In this document: positions 1 to 9,248 of the stretch, piece after piece
Layout of the letters: every line of letters starts with the position of its first letter
Position numbering within the stretch: the first letter of the stretch is position 1
Source of the DNA: Candidatus Gottesmanbacteria bacterium GW2011_GWA2_43_14
GTDB taxonomy: Bacteria > Patescibacteriota > Microgenomatia > 2-02-FULL-39-11
DNA: 64,000 nt
NCBI GenBank assembly: GCA_000999095.1
Contig: LCFP01000003.1
Location: 26,839-90,838, forward strand
Direction of reading: 5' to 3'
Notes under the pieces: generated by a model
The model's database searches: none
The model's input: the letters and a program-made list of their open reading frames with translations, nothing else
Told to the model about the DNA's origin: nothing
Position numbers and translations under genes: made by a program

Positions 1-157
1 CCAACGGATTCTCAGTGACGGATGCAATTTGAGTAGAATCATCAGTGTTGCCAACTGTGTAACCGATGGCCGTACCAACGGAAAAGACCAGCAGTCCGCC
101 CGCGAACAGTAAATACCAGGGATAATTTTTTACCGGTTTATCTTTGGGCGTGATCAC
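1..157 (-). CDS. Membrane-anchored hypothetical protein, N-terminal part (runs off window start)
   Basis: Manual translation from GTG 157 gives MITPKDKPVKNYPWYLLFAGGLLVFSVGTAIGYTVG..., with one TM segment. Co-directional with the upstream minus-strand genes. Confidence 0.6.
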   Translation of the reverse strand, partial: MITPKDKPVKNYPWYLLFAGGLLVFSVGTAIGYTVGNTDDSTQIASVTENPL

Positions 158-185
158 AATTAATTATTAAAATTAGCCTATTAAA

Positions 186-1022
186 TCAGGTAGGGTTGGC
201 TGTTACTTCTGTCGGAGTCACAGCTTCCGTCGGGAAAATCGATATTGTTTCAGGCGTAGCGGTAATTGATGACGGGGTTGATGAAATCTGCGAATCCTCA
301 TTTAAATTATAAACTCCCACGGCCAGTCCTGGAATGATATGGATTTTCTCTGCCAGAAGAGTCCCGTCTGCCTGCGGCAGGCCGAAAGCGGCAATTCTGG
401 TATCAGGCTCGAGTGCCAATTGCGTACCTGATGAGGTAGCATTTTCTGCATCCGTATCTTCTGTTACCGGCTCAGTTAATTTACCGGTGATAACCGTATT
501 TCCATCCATAACAATGGTATATATCCTATCCGATTGGATCTGATGAGCCAAAGTTATGATATTGCCGGAAATTGAAGTTATTATACCCATAACGGCACGC
601 CGTTTTTTCAAAAGTGAGGAACCGGTCGCCTGTTTCAGTTCCAGTTTATAAAGTTTTTTATTCATATTCTTCAGTTTTCCTGCATCTGTGCCTGCAATAT
701 TTAAAAGATCTTTCATTTGCAACGTACCCAGCTTGGCGGTTTTTAACTTTTTTTCCTGATTTTTCCCGATTGTTATGTTGAGATTTTCATTTCCGGTCTT
801 TTTTATACCTCCGAGACCGTTATTTTCCCTGTCAACGGTTTGCCCCGGTGCTTCCGTTTGTTTATAAATTCCAATATCTTTTTGATTTTCCGCTTTTTTT
901 AGCTGTCCTTGTGAGAGGCTTTTATCGTCTTCCTGTTTGGCCGTGAGGGTGTTTGGCAAAACCAGAAAGATAAGGATAACGGCACTCATTATTAATGATG
1001 CGGATGTTAATCTACGATTCAT
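186..1022 (-). CDS. Secreted hypothetical protein with DUF5666-like OB-fold domain and Pro/Thr-rich tail
   Basis: Signal peptide; G.ITSISGN..TL...T.I...G....GTLLAEKI pattern; TPTE tail. Confidence 0.6.
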   Translation of the reverse strand: MNRRLTSASLIMSAVILIFLVLPNTLTAKQEDDKSLSQGQLKKAENQKDIGIYKQTEAPGQTVDRENNGLGGIKKTGNENLNITIGKNQEKKLKTAKLGTLQMKDLLNIAGTDAGKLKNMNKKLYKLELKQATGSSLLKKRRAVMGIITSISGNIITLAHQIQSDRIYTIVMDGNTVITGKLTEPVTEDTDAENATSSGTQLALEPDTRIAAFGLPQADGTLLAEKIHIIPGLAVGVYNLNEDSQISSTPSSITATPETISIFPTEAVTPTEVTANPT

Positions 1023-1498
1023 AGTTCTTCGGCATTGACATTAATTTCCAGATCCAGTGTTTTTTCCTCGCCTTGGGGTGAAACTGCTGTTACAGAGAGA
1101 ACATCAGAGGTATCAGATAAAACAATAGTCGTTTCAAAATTCCCCTGGCTGTCACTTTGGACAGTTTCCTCATCAGCATCAGTAAATATCAAAACAGTAC
1201 TGCCCGGGAGCGTCCGGCCTTTAACCAGAGTTTCCTGGTCCACGGCGATTGAATCCGCTTCGGGATATTCCAGCGTCAGAAACATATTTGACGGTATTTC
1301 ACGTCCGGTAACTGTCGTTGATAATTCCTCATTCTTTTTAAGGGACGGAACTATTATAAAAACTGAAGCTACAATCAGTAAGACGAGAATAAAAAGGCCC
1401 AGGTAAAGGTAACGAAAATCTCTTTTTTTAACTTGTTGGGATTCAGTCTGCGGATTTGCGTCAAGCGGCTTTTCAATATCTGCCTGATTCTGATCCAT
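1019..1498 (-). CDS. Membrane-anchored protein with bacterial Ig-like domain
   Basis: One TM, then VKGRT.PGSTV...D..GNF...L...V.AV..G Ig-like pattern. Start moved to ATG 1498 because TTGACA(1533-1528)-17-TATCAA lies just upstream. Confidence 0.65.
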   Translation of the reverse strand: MDQNQADIEKPLDANPQTESQQVKKRDFRYLYLGLFILVLLIVASVFIIVPSLKKNEELSTTVTGREIPSNMFLTLEYPEADSIAVDQETLVKGRTLPGSTVLIFTDADEETVQSDSQGNFETTIVLSDTSDVLSVTAVSPQGEEKTLDLEINVNAEEL

Positions 1499-1539
1499 AT
1501 ATAATTGATACCACCCTTCCACCAGACTGTCAACGTCAA

Positions 1540-2982
1540 TCAGGTCGGCAGTCTTTTGAAAAGAAAAACAGCAAAATTACCGACATCAGTCATCCTTTTA
1601 ATCATGAAATATTCCCCGTATTTTCCCAAAAACTTGGAATGACATTTTTCAATTTTTTCTTTGTCACATACAATAAACAGGTATTCGGGTGTTTCATTAA
1701 TCATATTGATACCGAAATCTGAATCCCCGGAGAATTTACTGAACTGATATTCAAGCTTTTCTTCAAAAAAATACCATAAAGACGGACTGTGGATGTAATT
1801 TCCCAGAACCATCAGGGTGTTGAAATCCTGCAGTTCGTTTTGCCTTACTTCTATTATCATCTGCTCTGCCAATTTCTGTTTTGTTAAGTAATCATCCTGT
1901 TTCCTGTACAAACGGTCATACGAATTTGAAATAAGAGATAAAAAATAAAATAAAAGAAAAAATCCGGACAAGCGGAAAGAGAGTTTTTTTGCACTGATAA
2001 TGTTGATGCCGAGATAACCGATTAATAGATAATAAAATGGAAAAACAGGGGTAAAGTAAGAAGAACAGCAATATTCACTGTTATTGCTTACGGCTATTAA
2101 AAATATTCCAATGGGAAAAAGTAAAAAAGCTATCTTTTTCAGAGAAAGATTATTCAGCAATATGCTGCCGACCAGTAAAATTAACAGGATGATTACCGCG
2201 GGCAAGATGTTTAATTTTTCGATCCTAAAGATACTTTCCAGGTAAAGAGGAACAAAACCGGTAATTTTAAAAATACTGAAATTCGGCCGGAATGAAGGAT
2301 AAACTCCGTCGCGGATATAAGTTTTTATCAACGGGATATTCAACAGTGTAAAAAACAGGAACAGCAATAAATTTGAAAAGAAAACCAACTTATAATTTTT
2401 GGTTTTCAGGTAAGCCCAAACAGCATAGGGAATAAGCAACAGGAACGGTGTGTAATAAATAAAACTTGATATGAAGATGAAAAGATACGACAGAAAGAAA
2501 AAGCCCAATTTCGACTTTTTCAAAAAAATCAGAAAAAAAGCAAAGGAAAAAACCGTCAGCGGGATAATTAAACTGCCACCCAGGATATTTCTTGAATAGA
2601 AAATTTCATTGGTAGCAACGGCAAAAAATAAAGCGGACAAAAGACCCGTCCGGTTATTAAAAAGCAGTTTTCCGATTAAATATATGGGGAAAACGGCAAG
2701 AGCATGAGTTGCGGCAATCAGGGAAATGATAAACTCCAGATTGCTGCTGATCAGCATGGGCAGAGCCAATATATAGTAGCCTATGACCGGATATTGGGAT
2801 TTTATTGCCCAGGCATACGGACCCTTTACCGGATGGTCAGCGTATTGAACTATATGTCTGGCAATCAGATAATAATAAGAGTTGTCACCGTCCCAGAGGG
2901 TCGGCAGTCTTTGCGCCAGACGTAAAATCAATCCCAGGGTAAAGATAAAAAAAAGGAGACGGCGGCTATTTGCCAGCTTCAT
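1540..2982 (-). CDS. GT-C fold glycosyltransferase (family 39/ArnT-PMT-like)
   Basis: Polytopic membrane protein; D in the first loop (WDGDNSYY); Y.IGK.LF...GLLSA motif. Confidence 0.75.
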   Translation of the reverse strand: MKLANSRRLLFFIFTLGLILRLAQRLPTLWDGDNSYYYLIARHIVQYADHPVKGPYAWAIKSQYPVIGYYILALPMLISSNLEFIISLIAATHALAVFPIYLIGKLLFNNRTGLLSALFFAVATNEIFYSRNILGGSLIIPLTVFSFAFFLIFLKKSKLGFFFLSYLFIFISSFIYYTPFLLLIPYAVWAYLKTKNYKLVFFSNLLLFLFFTLLNIPLIKTYIRDGVYPSFRPNFSIFKITGFVPLYLESIFRIEKLNILPAVIILLILLVGSILLNNLSLKKIAFLLFPIGIFLIAVSNNSEYCCSSYFTPVFPFYYLLIGYLGINIISAKKLSFRLSGFFLLFYFLSLISNSYDRLYRKQDDYLTKQKLAEQMIIEVRQNELQDFNTLMVLGNYIHSPSLWYFFEEKLEYQFSKFSGDSDFGINMINETPEYLFIVCDKEKIEKCHSKFLGKYGEYFMIKRMTDVGNFAVFLFKRLPT

Positions 2983-3032
2983 CTTAATAATTTTAACATT
3001 ACGGCAGAATCAATTTTTAGTATAATTTTCCT

Positions 3033-3722
3033 ATGCTGCGAAAGAATTTTATATATTTGGAAATTGCCTCGCTGATCCTTATGGCATTACACGGTATAAT
3101 TCTTTTCGGACCGCAGATTCTTCTTCTTTTTGCCCTGACTTATATCTCAAGTACTGCCGCGGAGCTTTTGGCACTTAAAACACCAATCGGCTGTTTCGGA
3201 GTCAAATACAAGTATGACCTGAAAAATCCTCGCTTTAGTTCAGGGATTAATTTTTTCGGTGTTTACCCCCTGGAAATTTCTTTGGCCTGGATGGAATTGA
3301 AATATATTTCATTTTGTTTGGGAGTCTTGATCGTTTCGGCTTTTAAATTACCGGAAGCAGCGGCAATCGCTTTAATTCCCCTGATTCTGGTTTCCCTGGA
3401 TTTTATCATTGATCCAGTATCAGTATTCGAAAAAAAACTTTGGAAGTGGGAGAGCGGCAGTTTTTATTTCGGCATCCCGTTGAGTAATTTCACCGGTTGG
3501 TATTTGGTCGGTCTGGCGCCGACATTATTATATGTCATATCGGCCGGTTATCCGGTGGCATCCGGGAAAATTCTGTATCTTTTGCCCGTTATTTTTTACG
3601 CTTTAGTCTTTAGAAATACCCCAGTCATGTTCAAGAAAAACCGTACCTTGGCTCTCTCAGGTACATTTCCGGCATTTTTGTGGCTTTTTTTGAGCACCTT
3701 AAGCCTGATGAGAATATCTTGA
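3033..3722 (+). CDS. Carotenoid biosynthesis membrane protein (CruF/DUF422-like hydratase)
   Basis: E..G..FG.Y.Y, GV.P.I.LAW, D.IIDP, W.W and YFGIP.SNF.GW motifs. Confidence 0.75.
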   Translation: MLRKNFIYLEIASLILMALHGIILFGPQILLLFALTYISSTAAELLALKTPIGCFGVKYKYDLKNPRFSSGINFFGVYPLEISLAWMELKYISFCLGVLIVSAFKLPEAAAIALIPLILVSLDFIIDPVSVFEKKLWKWESGSFYFGIPLSNFTGWYLVGLAPTLLYVISAGYPVASGKILYLLPVIFYALVFRNTPVMFKKNRTLALSGTFPAFLWLFLSTLSLMRIS

Positions 3723-3748
3723 CTGATGCAACTGTGTTGCATTATGAT
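3719..3748 (+). promoter_or_regulatory. Sigma70 promoter of the Fur-family gene with a palindromic operator in the spacer
   Basis: TTGACT(3719)-18-TATGAT(3743); inverted repeat ATGCAAC-tgt-GTTGCAT at 3726-3742. Confidence 0.7.
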
Positions 3749-3754
3749 TGGAGT

Positions 3755-4186
3755 GTGGAGAACATCAACAGTTTAATAGCCAAAATAAAAAGCAGGGGAC
3801 ATAAAATTACCAGGGGAAGAAAACGAATTCTGCAAATACTTTTAAACCTGAACGCTCCGGTTACAGCCTCCGAATTAATGAAGCTTCTTGAAGAGAAAGA
3901 GGCAACACTCAACAAAACAACCGTCTACCGGGAGCTGGAATTTCTGCAAAAAGAAGGTTTGGTGAGGACCGTTCAACTGGATGAGAGAAAACAGCGGTTC
4001 GAACTTATAAAAGGCGATCACCACCATCATCTGGTTTGTAAAAACTGTAAGAATGTAGAAGATGTGGCTTTTGCATCTCTGGAGGAACAAATGAAAATGT
4101 TCGAAAAACAGCTGAAGTACAAAAGTCAATTCCGGGAAATCAAACACTCTTTGGAATTCTTCGGACTCTGCAGGCATTGTCAATAA
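3755..4186 (+). CDS. Fur-family transcriptional repressor (Fur/Zur)
   Basis: T..R..IL, TTVYR.L..L, HHHHLVCKNC and C-terminal CRHC. Start placed at GTG 3755, 6 nt after the -10. Confidence 0.9.
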   Translation: MENINSLIAKIKSRGHKITRGRKRILQILLNLNAPVTASELMKLLEEKEATLNKTTVYRELEFLQKEGLVRTVQLDERKQRFELIKGDHHHHLVCKNCKNVEDVAFASLEEQMKMFEKQLKYKSQFREIKHSLEFFGLCRHCQ

Positions 4187-4250
4187 CACTCCATTTTGGT
4201 ATTCGTTCCCCGCTTAGCGTAATATTAAATCAGATAAGGAGGTGAGACAG

Positions 4251-4667
4251 ATGAATTTAACATTAAAAAGAGGAGTCTTTGCCGGAGCAGCCAATTTGAT
4301 TACCGGGTTGGGACTCGGCTGGCTGATAGGAATTATTCTTCCCGCAATTGCGGAAGAATACCAGAACACGGCTATTTTCCGGCCTTGGAGCGATCCAAGG
4401 ATGATGGTTTATTTCGCCTATCCTTTCATACTCGGTTTGGCTTATGCCTATATCTGGTCGATGGTCGAGAGGCAGTTTAAAGGGAATGACCGGATTGAAC
4501 GGGCAGGCCAGTTTGCCAAACTCTATTTTATTATAGCGACCGTCCCCGGGATGTTTATCACATATACCAGTTTCCAAGTGTCGTTGATGATGGTATTGTT
4601 GTGGACGGTAACCGGATACATGCAGGCCTTTGTCGCCGGCTGGATTTTTGCCTCGGTCAAAAAATAA
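4251..4667 (+). CDS. 4-TM membrane protein (DUF1761-like)
   Basis: Four hydrophobic segments; SD AAGGAGGTGA before ATG 4251. Confidence 0.6.
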   Translation: MNLTLKRGVFAGAANLITGLGLGWLIGIILPAIAEEYQNTAIFRPWSDPRMMVYFAYPFILGLAYAYIWSMVERQFKGNDRIERAGQFAKLYFIIATVPGMFITYTSFQVSLMMVLLWTVTGYMQAFVAGWIFASVKK

Positions 4668-4679
4668 ACAGTCTTTCTT

Positions 4680-5570
4680 ATGTCACGATACAGAAACAAG
4701 ATTTTATTCCTGGTGCTTTTGCTATTGTTTCTTTCACCTGTTTTCATTCCCGGATTGAGAAATATTTTAACGATAGAGGACGGCCGGATTATTTTGCAAT
4801 TTGCTGAATCCGGTGAAAAAGTTACCCGGGAGAGCAATCTAAAGACTATACCAACACCTACCAATATGCCAAGCGCCACACCGCTACCGTACTCAGTCAT
4901 CACGATAAACGGACCATCAGAAATTACCGAGGGAGAAATGGCTGCTTTCACCTGGTATGTCAATGGACAGCCGACAAAGGTGAATTCAACCTCAATCTAT
5001 TACGGCAAAAAAAGCACTGCTGACTGGAATATCAGCGGCATTTCGCCTGAGGATTCAGTTTATACCCAATTTCTCCAGGAATTTATACAAGGCGAATTTA
5101 ATATCCCGCTGACATTCGTGGGAAATTCGAAAACCATTGAGGAGGGAAAATATTATTACAGATCCTATGCTTTGATAAACAACAGGCATTATTGGAGCAG
5201 CGAAAAATCTTTTCTGGTAAAAGCAGTTCCCAAAAATGAAATTAAAGTCATCGATTTTCCCGGGAAAATCCATCCAAATGAGAATGCCGCCTTCACCTGG
5301 GAAATTCTGGGGCCGCAAGCCTCAACCTGGTATACGGTTATAGCCGGAAGCAAAGAGTCAAAATCCGGAGAACTGCCGGTAACCGCTGATTTGGCATCGA
5401 CTCCTTATAAAATTCTGATAAAAGACTTCACTGAGAAGGAGAGCAAAGTCCCCTTAAGATTTATCGGCAATACCTTTTTTCCGGATACGGGCGTCTATTA
5501 TTTCCGTGCTTTAGCGTTTATTAATGATAAAAATATCTGGTCGGAAGAATATTCTTTGACTGTTGAATAA
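4680..5570 (+). CDS. Membrane-anchored protein with two tandem Ig-like beta-sandwich repeats
   Basis: N-terminal TM, PT linker, then two copies of AAFTW...PL.F.GN...G.YY.R..A.IN....WS.E. Confidence 0.7.
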   Translation: MSRYRNKILFLVLLLLFLSPVFIPGLRNILTIEDGRIILQFAESGEKVTRESNLKTIPTPTNMPSATPLPYSVITINGPSEITEGEMAAFTWYVNGQPTKVNSTSIYYGKKSTADWNISGISPEDSVYTQFLQEFIQGEFNIPLTFVGNSKTIEEGKYYYRSYALINNRHYWSSEKSFLVKAVPKNEIKVIDFPGKIHPNENAAFTWEILGPQASTWYTVIAGSKESKSGELPVTADLASTPYKILIKDFTEKESKVPLRFIGNTFFPDTGVYYFRALAFINDKNIWSEEYSLTVE

Positions 5571-5575
5571 AACAT

Positions 5576-6190
5576 ATGAATCGCGAAGGACAAAGTGCAA
5601 TTAAAAATCATTTTGACAGACTGTATAAACAGGGAATTACCCCCTGGAAAAATCATCCGCCGTCATCCCTGCTTATCCGTTTTTTCGCCCTGTTGAAAGC
5701 TTCTGCGGCAAAAGCAAGGCTTCTTGATTTGGGCTGCGGCGACGGTTGGCTGACGATAGAAGCTGCCAGGGTATCTATTGCAGCTTGGGGTATCGACGCT
5801 TCGGAAACAGCCATCGAAAGAGCTGAAAAGTCGGCAAAGTCAACCGGTATTGCCTCCAAAACCAAGTTTGCAGCCGGAGACGCCCTGGATTTACCCTATG
5901 AAGACAATTTTTTCGACGGAATGATTGACCGGGGGCTTTTCCATCATATCCTGACGGAAAACAGGCAGCTTTACTTTGACAATATTTTGCGGGTGTTAAA
6001 AAAAGATGCCCTGGTTTATCTGGCTGTTTTCAGCGAGAATAATCCGGAAGGGATAGGCCAGAGGTTTACCGGGAAAGATATCGCAGCACTTTTCGGCAGA
6101 TATTTCCGTATTATCCAAACAGAGAAGGACAAATTGCCGACTACTGCCCCGGCTCATCTGCTTCATTTAATTCTTAAGAAAACGCAATAA
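5576..6190 (+). CDS. Class I SAM-dependent methyltransferase
   Basis: LLDLGCGDG motif I; GID.S; DRGLFHH. Confidence 0.9.
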   Translation: MNREGQSAIKNHFDRLYKQGITPWKNHPPSSLLIRFFALLKASAAKARLLDLGCGDGWLTIEAARVSIAAWGIDASETAIERAEKSAKSTGIASKTKFAAGDALDLPYEDNFFDGMIDRGLFHHILTENRQLYFDNILRVLKKDALVYLAVFSENNPEGIGQRFTGKDIAALFGRYFRIIQTEKDKLPTTAPAHLLHLILKKTQ

Positions 6191-6198
6191 ATATTCCC

Positions 6199-6879
6199 AT
6201 GATAAAGGTCAGTTGCATCATCCCTTTTTATAACGAATCCTTAAATCCCCTCTATGTGATTGAGTCAGTCCGGAAATTAAGACCGAGGCCTGAAATCATT
6301 GCCGTCGATGACGGATCGGACGATAATTCTGCCTTCATGGCATTGAAACAAAAGTATAAAGACATTGTTTTATTGAAATTGAGCAAAAACAAAGGTAAAG
6401 CCGGGGCGATAAAATCCGCTTTAGCTCACGTCACCAGCAATTATGTGCTGTTAATTGACGGTGATTTATCGAGCATTAAAGAATATGGGATAACTAAAGC
6501 CGTCGACAGGATTATCAAAAATCCGGAAATCGATATGATTATTCTGCGGCGGACCAACGACAAAACAGCTGCTTACCTTCCTTTTTTAAGAGATGATATT
6601 ATTCTTTCCGGACAGAGAATATTAAAAACTGAAGATCTGAGAAAAGTCTTTGCCAAAACAATTAACGGATATAAATTGGAATCGGAAATAAACAGTTTCA
6701 TGATGAAAAGAAATAAGAAAGTATTTTGGATGCCTTTAAGCATAAAGAACAGGCATAAACAGCATAAGTGGGGTTATTGGGAGGGTATTAAAATCGGACT
6801 GCCGGGCTTTTTCCGCTATATGTTTTCCCCGGAAATGGTTCGGCAGATTTTGTTTTTCTGCAAAGAAGAAGCCATATAG
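6199..6879 (+). CDS. Glycosyltransferase family 2
   Basis: IIPFYNE, VDDGSDD, NKGKAGA, IDGD. Confidence 0.9.
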   Translation: MIKVSCIIPFYNESLNPLYVIESVRKLRPRPEIIAVDDGSDDNSAFMALKQKYKDIVLLKLSKNKGKAGAIKSALAHVTSNYVLLIDGDLSSIKEYGITKAVDRIIKNPEIDMIILRRTNDKTAAYLPFLRDDIILSGQRILKTEDLRKVFAKTINGYKLESEINSFMMKRNKKVFWMPLSIKNRHKQHKWGYWEGIKIGLPGFFRYMFSPEMVRQILFFCKEEAI

Positions 6880-6940
6880 AAGACTATACAAAATAAGAAC
6901 CGTGCTATAATAAATCTGACTGCCCCCGAAAACCTGATTT

Positions 6941-8140
6941 ATGACTCGAAGCATCTTGGAGCGGCTGACCCTGGTTCATCCTGATTTGGAAATCTGGTGG
7001 GATTCATCACCTCTGGTCTTCAGTTCATGGGTCAGGAAAATGGTCGGAAACGCCCCCCCGACTGAAAAAGAACTTCTTGAAGAACAATTAAACAGAATTT
7101 TTAATACCACTAATCCCTCCGAAAGCATCATACGCGGATGCACCACCAATCCGCCTTTATCCCTGACTGCCGTCAAAACAGACCCTGAAACATGGAATGG
7201 GTGGATCGACCAGTTGATCAGATCCAAAAAAGGCCTGAGCCGGCAAGAGTACAGCTGGCTGACCTATAAGGAAGTCATAAGAAGAGGGGCAAAAATGATG
7301 CTGCCGATCTGGGAAAGCTCCGGCGGCAAGTACGGTTATATTTCCGGCCAGCTTGATCCCAGGCTGTTAACCGAAGGGGAGAAAATGATAAAAATGGCCA
7401 AGGAAATCCGCGCCATTTCACCCAATCTGATGATAAAAGTACCGGCTTCAACGCAAGGGGTGGAAGTTGTTAAAGTCCTGACTTCCCTGGCCATCCCGAC
7501 AAACGTCACTACCTGTTTTACCCTGCCGCAAATTTGGGCTGTTGCCCGTGCTGCCAAGGAAGGAGCGGCCATTGCGGAGAAAAACAAAGTGGACATGACT
7601 AAATGGCGGGCTGTCATAACCATGATGATCGGCCGGCTGACAGAACATCCGGTTTTGGACGAACAGGCAGAAAGGCGGGGAATTAAACTCTCCTGGAGCG
7701 ACAAGCATTGGCTGGGTATTTATGTCTTCAGAAAAGCCTTTAAACTCCTGAAAGAAAATGCCATGCCCAGCAAAATGCTGGCCTGCTCCATGCGGGACGG
7801 ACCCCTCGTTTCCGGCAGTTACCGCTTCTGGGATATCGAAAAAATCGCCGGAGAAATCGTCTATACTATGCCGCCCTACGTTTTGGAACCTCTGTTCCTG
7901 CGCTGCGGAAGTCTCAATTTCAGAGAGGAAGTTCTTTATGATGATGTACCTGAGGAAGTAATCGATAAAATGGGCAAAATTCCCTTCGTCAGGCAATCCT
8001 GGGATGAAAACGGCATGGAAGAAGATCAATTTAACCAGCATCCTTCAACCGTTTCAACCGCGGCAACTTTTGCTCAGGCAACGCTTGGCCTGGAAGAATA
8101 TATCGGTAAAAGGATGTCGGTCAAGGCCCGGAAGAAATGA
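6941..8140 (+). CDS. Transaldolase/fructose-6-phosphate-aldolase family protein (divergent)
   Basis: WWDS, GCTTNP, MIKVP (Schiff-base Lys), NVT, GRL, ACSMR. Confidence 0.8.
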   Translation: MTRSILERLTLVHPDLEIWWDSSPLVFSSWVRKMVGNAPPTEKELLEEQLNRIFNTTNPSESIIRGCTTNPPLSLTAVKTDPETWNGWIDQLIRSKKGLSRQEYSWLTYKEVIRRGAKMMLPIWESSGGKYGYISGQLDPRLLTEGEKMIKMAKEIRAISPNLMIKVPASTQGVEVVKVLTSLAIPTNVTTCFTLPQIWAVARAAKEGAAIAEKNKVDMTKWRAVITMMIGRLTEHPVLDEQAERRGIKLSWSDKHWLGIYVFRKAFKLLKENAMPSKMLACSMRDGPLVSGSYRFWDIEKIAGEIVYTMPPYVLEPLFLRCGSLNFREEVLYDDVPEEVIDKMGKIPFVRQSWDENGMEEDQFNQHPSTVSTAATFAQATLGLEEYIGKRMSVKARKK

Positions 8141-9240
8141 AAAAGCAAATCTCCGATTATCTGGTCCCCTATATTAAACCACTGACGATGTACGTTTCAG
8201 GACACATCGATCTGGCCTGGAAAAAACCTTCACTCAAACGCATGATGTCCAATGAAAACCCCCTGCCTCCCTCCAAAAAAGTATTGAAAACCGTGATGAA
8301 GTATGCCTCCATGGCCAACCGCTATCCTGACCAGGGCATCACCGTCCGCACTAAAATTGCAAAAATGAATAAACTGCATGGAGCGGAAAATGTGGTATTG
8401 GGCAACGGCTCCAGCGAGATTTATGACATGATTTTCAGGACTTTTCTTGAGCCGGGGGATGAAGTTATCCAGCAGACGCCCTGTTTCGGAATCTACAAAC
8501 TGAGATGCGAAGTTCTGGGCGGCAAGATCATATCGGTGCCGATGATCTATAGGGACAAAAAACTGCTTTATGATGCAGAGGGTATTATAAATGCAATCAC
8601 CCCTAAAACAAAAATAATCGTTGTCGCCAATCCCAATAACCCGACAGGCAACTTCATGGAAACAGCTGATTTTATCCGCCTGGCTAAAACGGGCATCCCT
8701 TTATGCATAGATGAGGCTTATATTGAATATGAGGGATTTAAAAAGTCACATACGAAACTTATAAGAAAATATAAAAATGTAATCGTTACCAGGACACTTT
8801 CCAAAGCATACGGACTGGCAGGGCTTCGTTTCGGCTACCTTTTGGGAGACAGGGAAGTCGCCATGAAAATAGCGGCAACACTTCTGCCCTGGAATGTCGG
8901 TACGATTTCCATGTGGGCAGCTTTGACAGCATTGGGAGACAAAAAGGGATTGAAAGACAGGGTCAATTACAACAACGGGGAACGTGCGGCTATCATCAAA
9001 GCCCTGAGCAAAATTCCGGGACTGGTCATTTTTCCGTCAAAGGCAAATTATGTGCTTTTCGATAGTGGACCGGCCGGTAAAAAAGGTGAGGACATCATCA
9101 GTTTCGCCCAGAAAAAAGACATTATTTTAAGGGGAGACAAACCCAAGTATGGAAGCGACGGTTGGTTCCGGGTGACCGTCGGCAGTAAAGCGGAAAACCG
9201 CAAATTCGTAAGAGTCATCAAAGAATTCTTTTCCAAATAA
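8137..9240 (+). CDS. hisC: PLP-dependent aminotransferase class I/II, histidinol-phosphate aminotransferase-like
   Basis: SNENP, NRYPD, GNGSSE, NPNNPTG, DEAY.E, RTLSKAYGLAGLRFG. ATGA overlap with the upstream gene. Confidence 0.75.
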   Translation: MKKQISDYLVPYIKPLTMYVSGHIDLAWKKPSLKRMMSNENPLPPSKKVLKTVMKYASMANRYPDQGITVRTKIAKMNKLHGAENVVLGNGSSEIYDMIFRTFLEPGDEVIQQTPCFGIYKLRCEVLGGKIISVPMIYRDKKLLYDAEGIINAITPKTKIIVVANPNNPTGNFMETADFIRLAKTGIPLCIDEAYIEYEGFKKSHTKLIRKYKNVIVTRTLSKAYGLAGLRFGYLLGDREVAMKIAATLLPWNVGTISMWAALTALGDKKGLKDRVNYNNGERAAIIKALSKIPGLVIFPSKANYVLFDSGPAGKKGEDIISFAQKKDIILRGDKPKYGSDGWFRVTVGSKAENRKFVRVIKEFFSK

Positions 9241-9248
9241 TCCGTTAT

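Noticed and set aside
3680-3754. Long N-terminal extensions in the ORF track (also 9731, 35209, 40217, 43698, 59686)
   Set aside because: Promoter or SD positions and overlaps with upstream genes favour the downstream starts.
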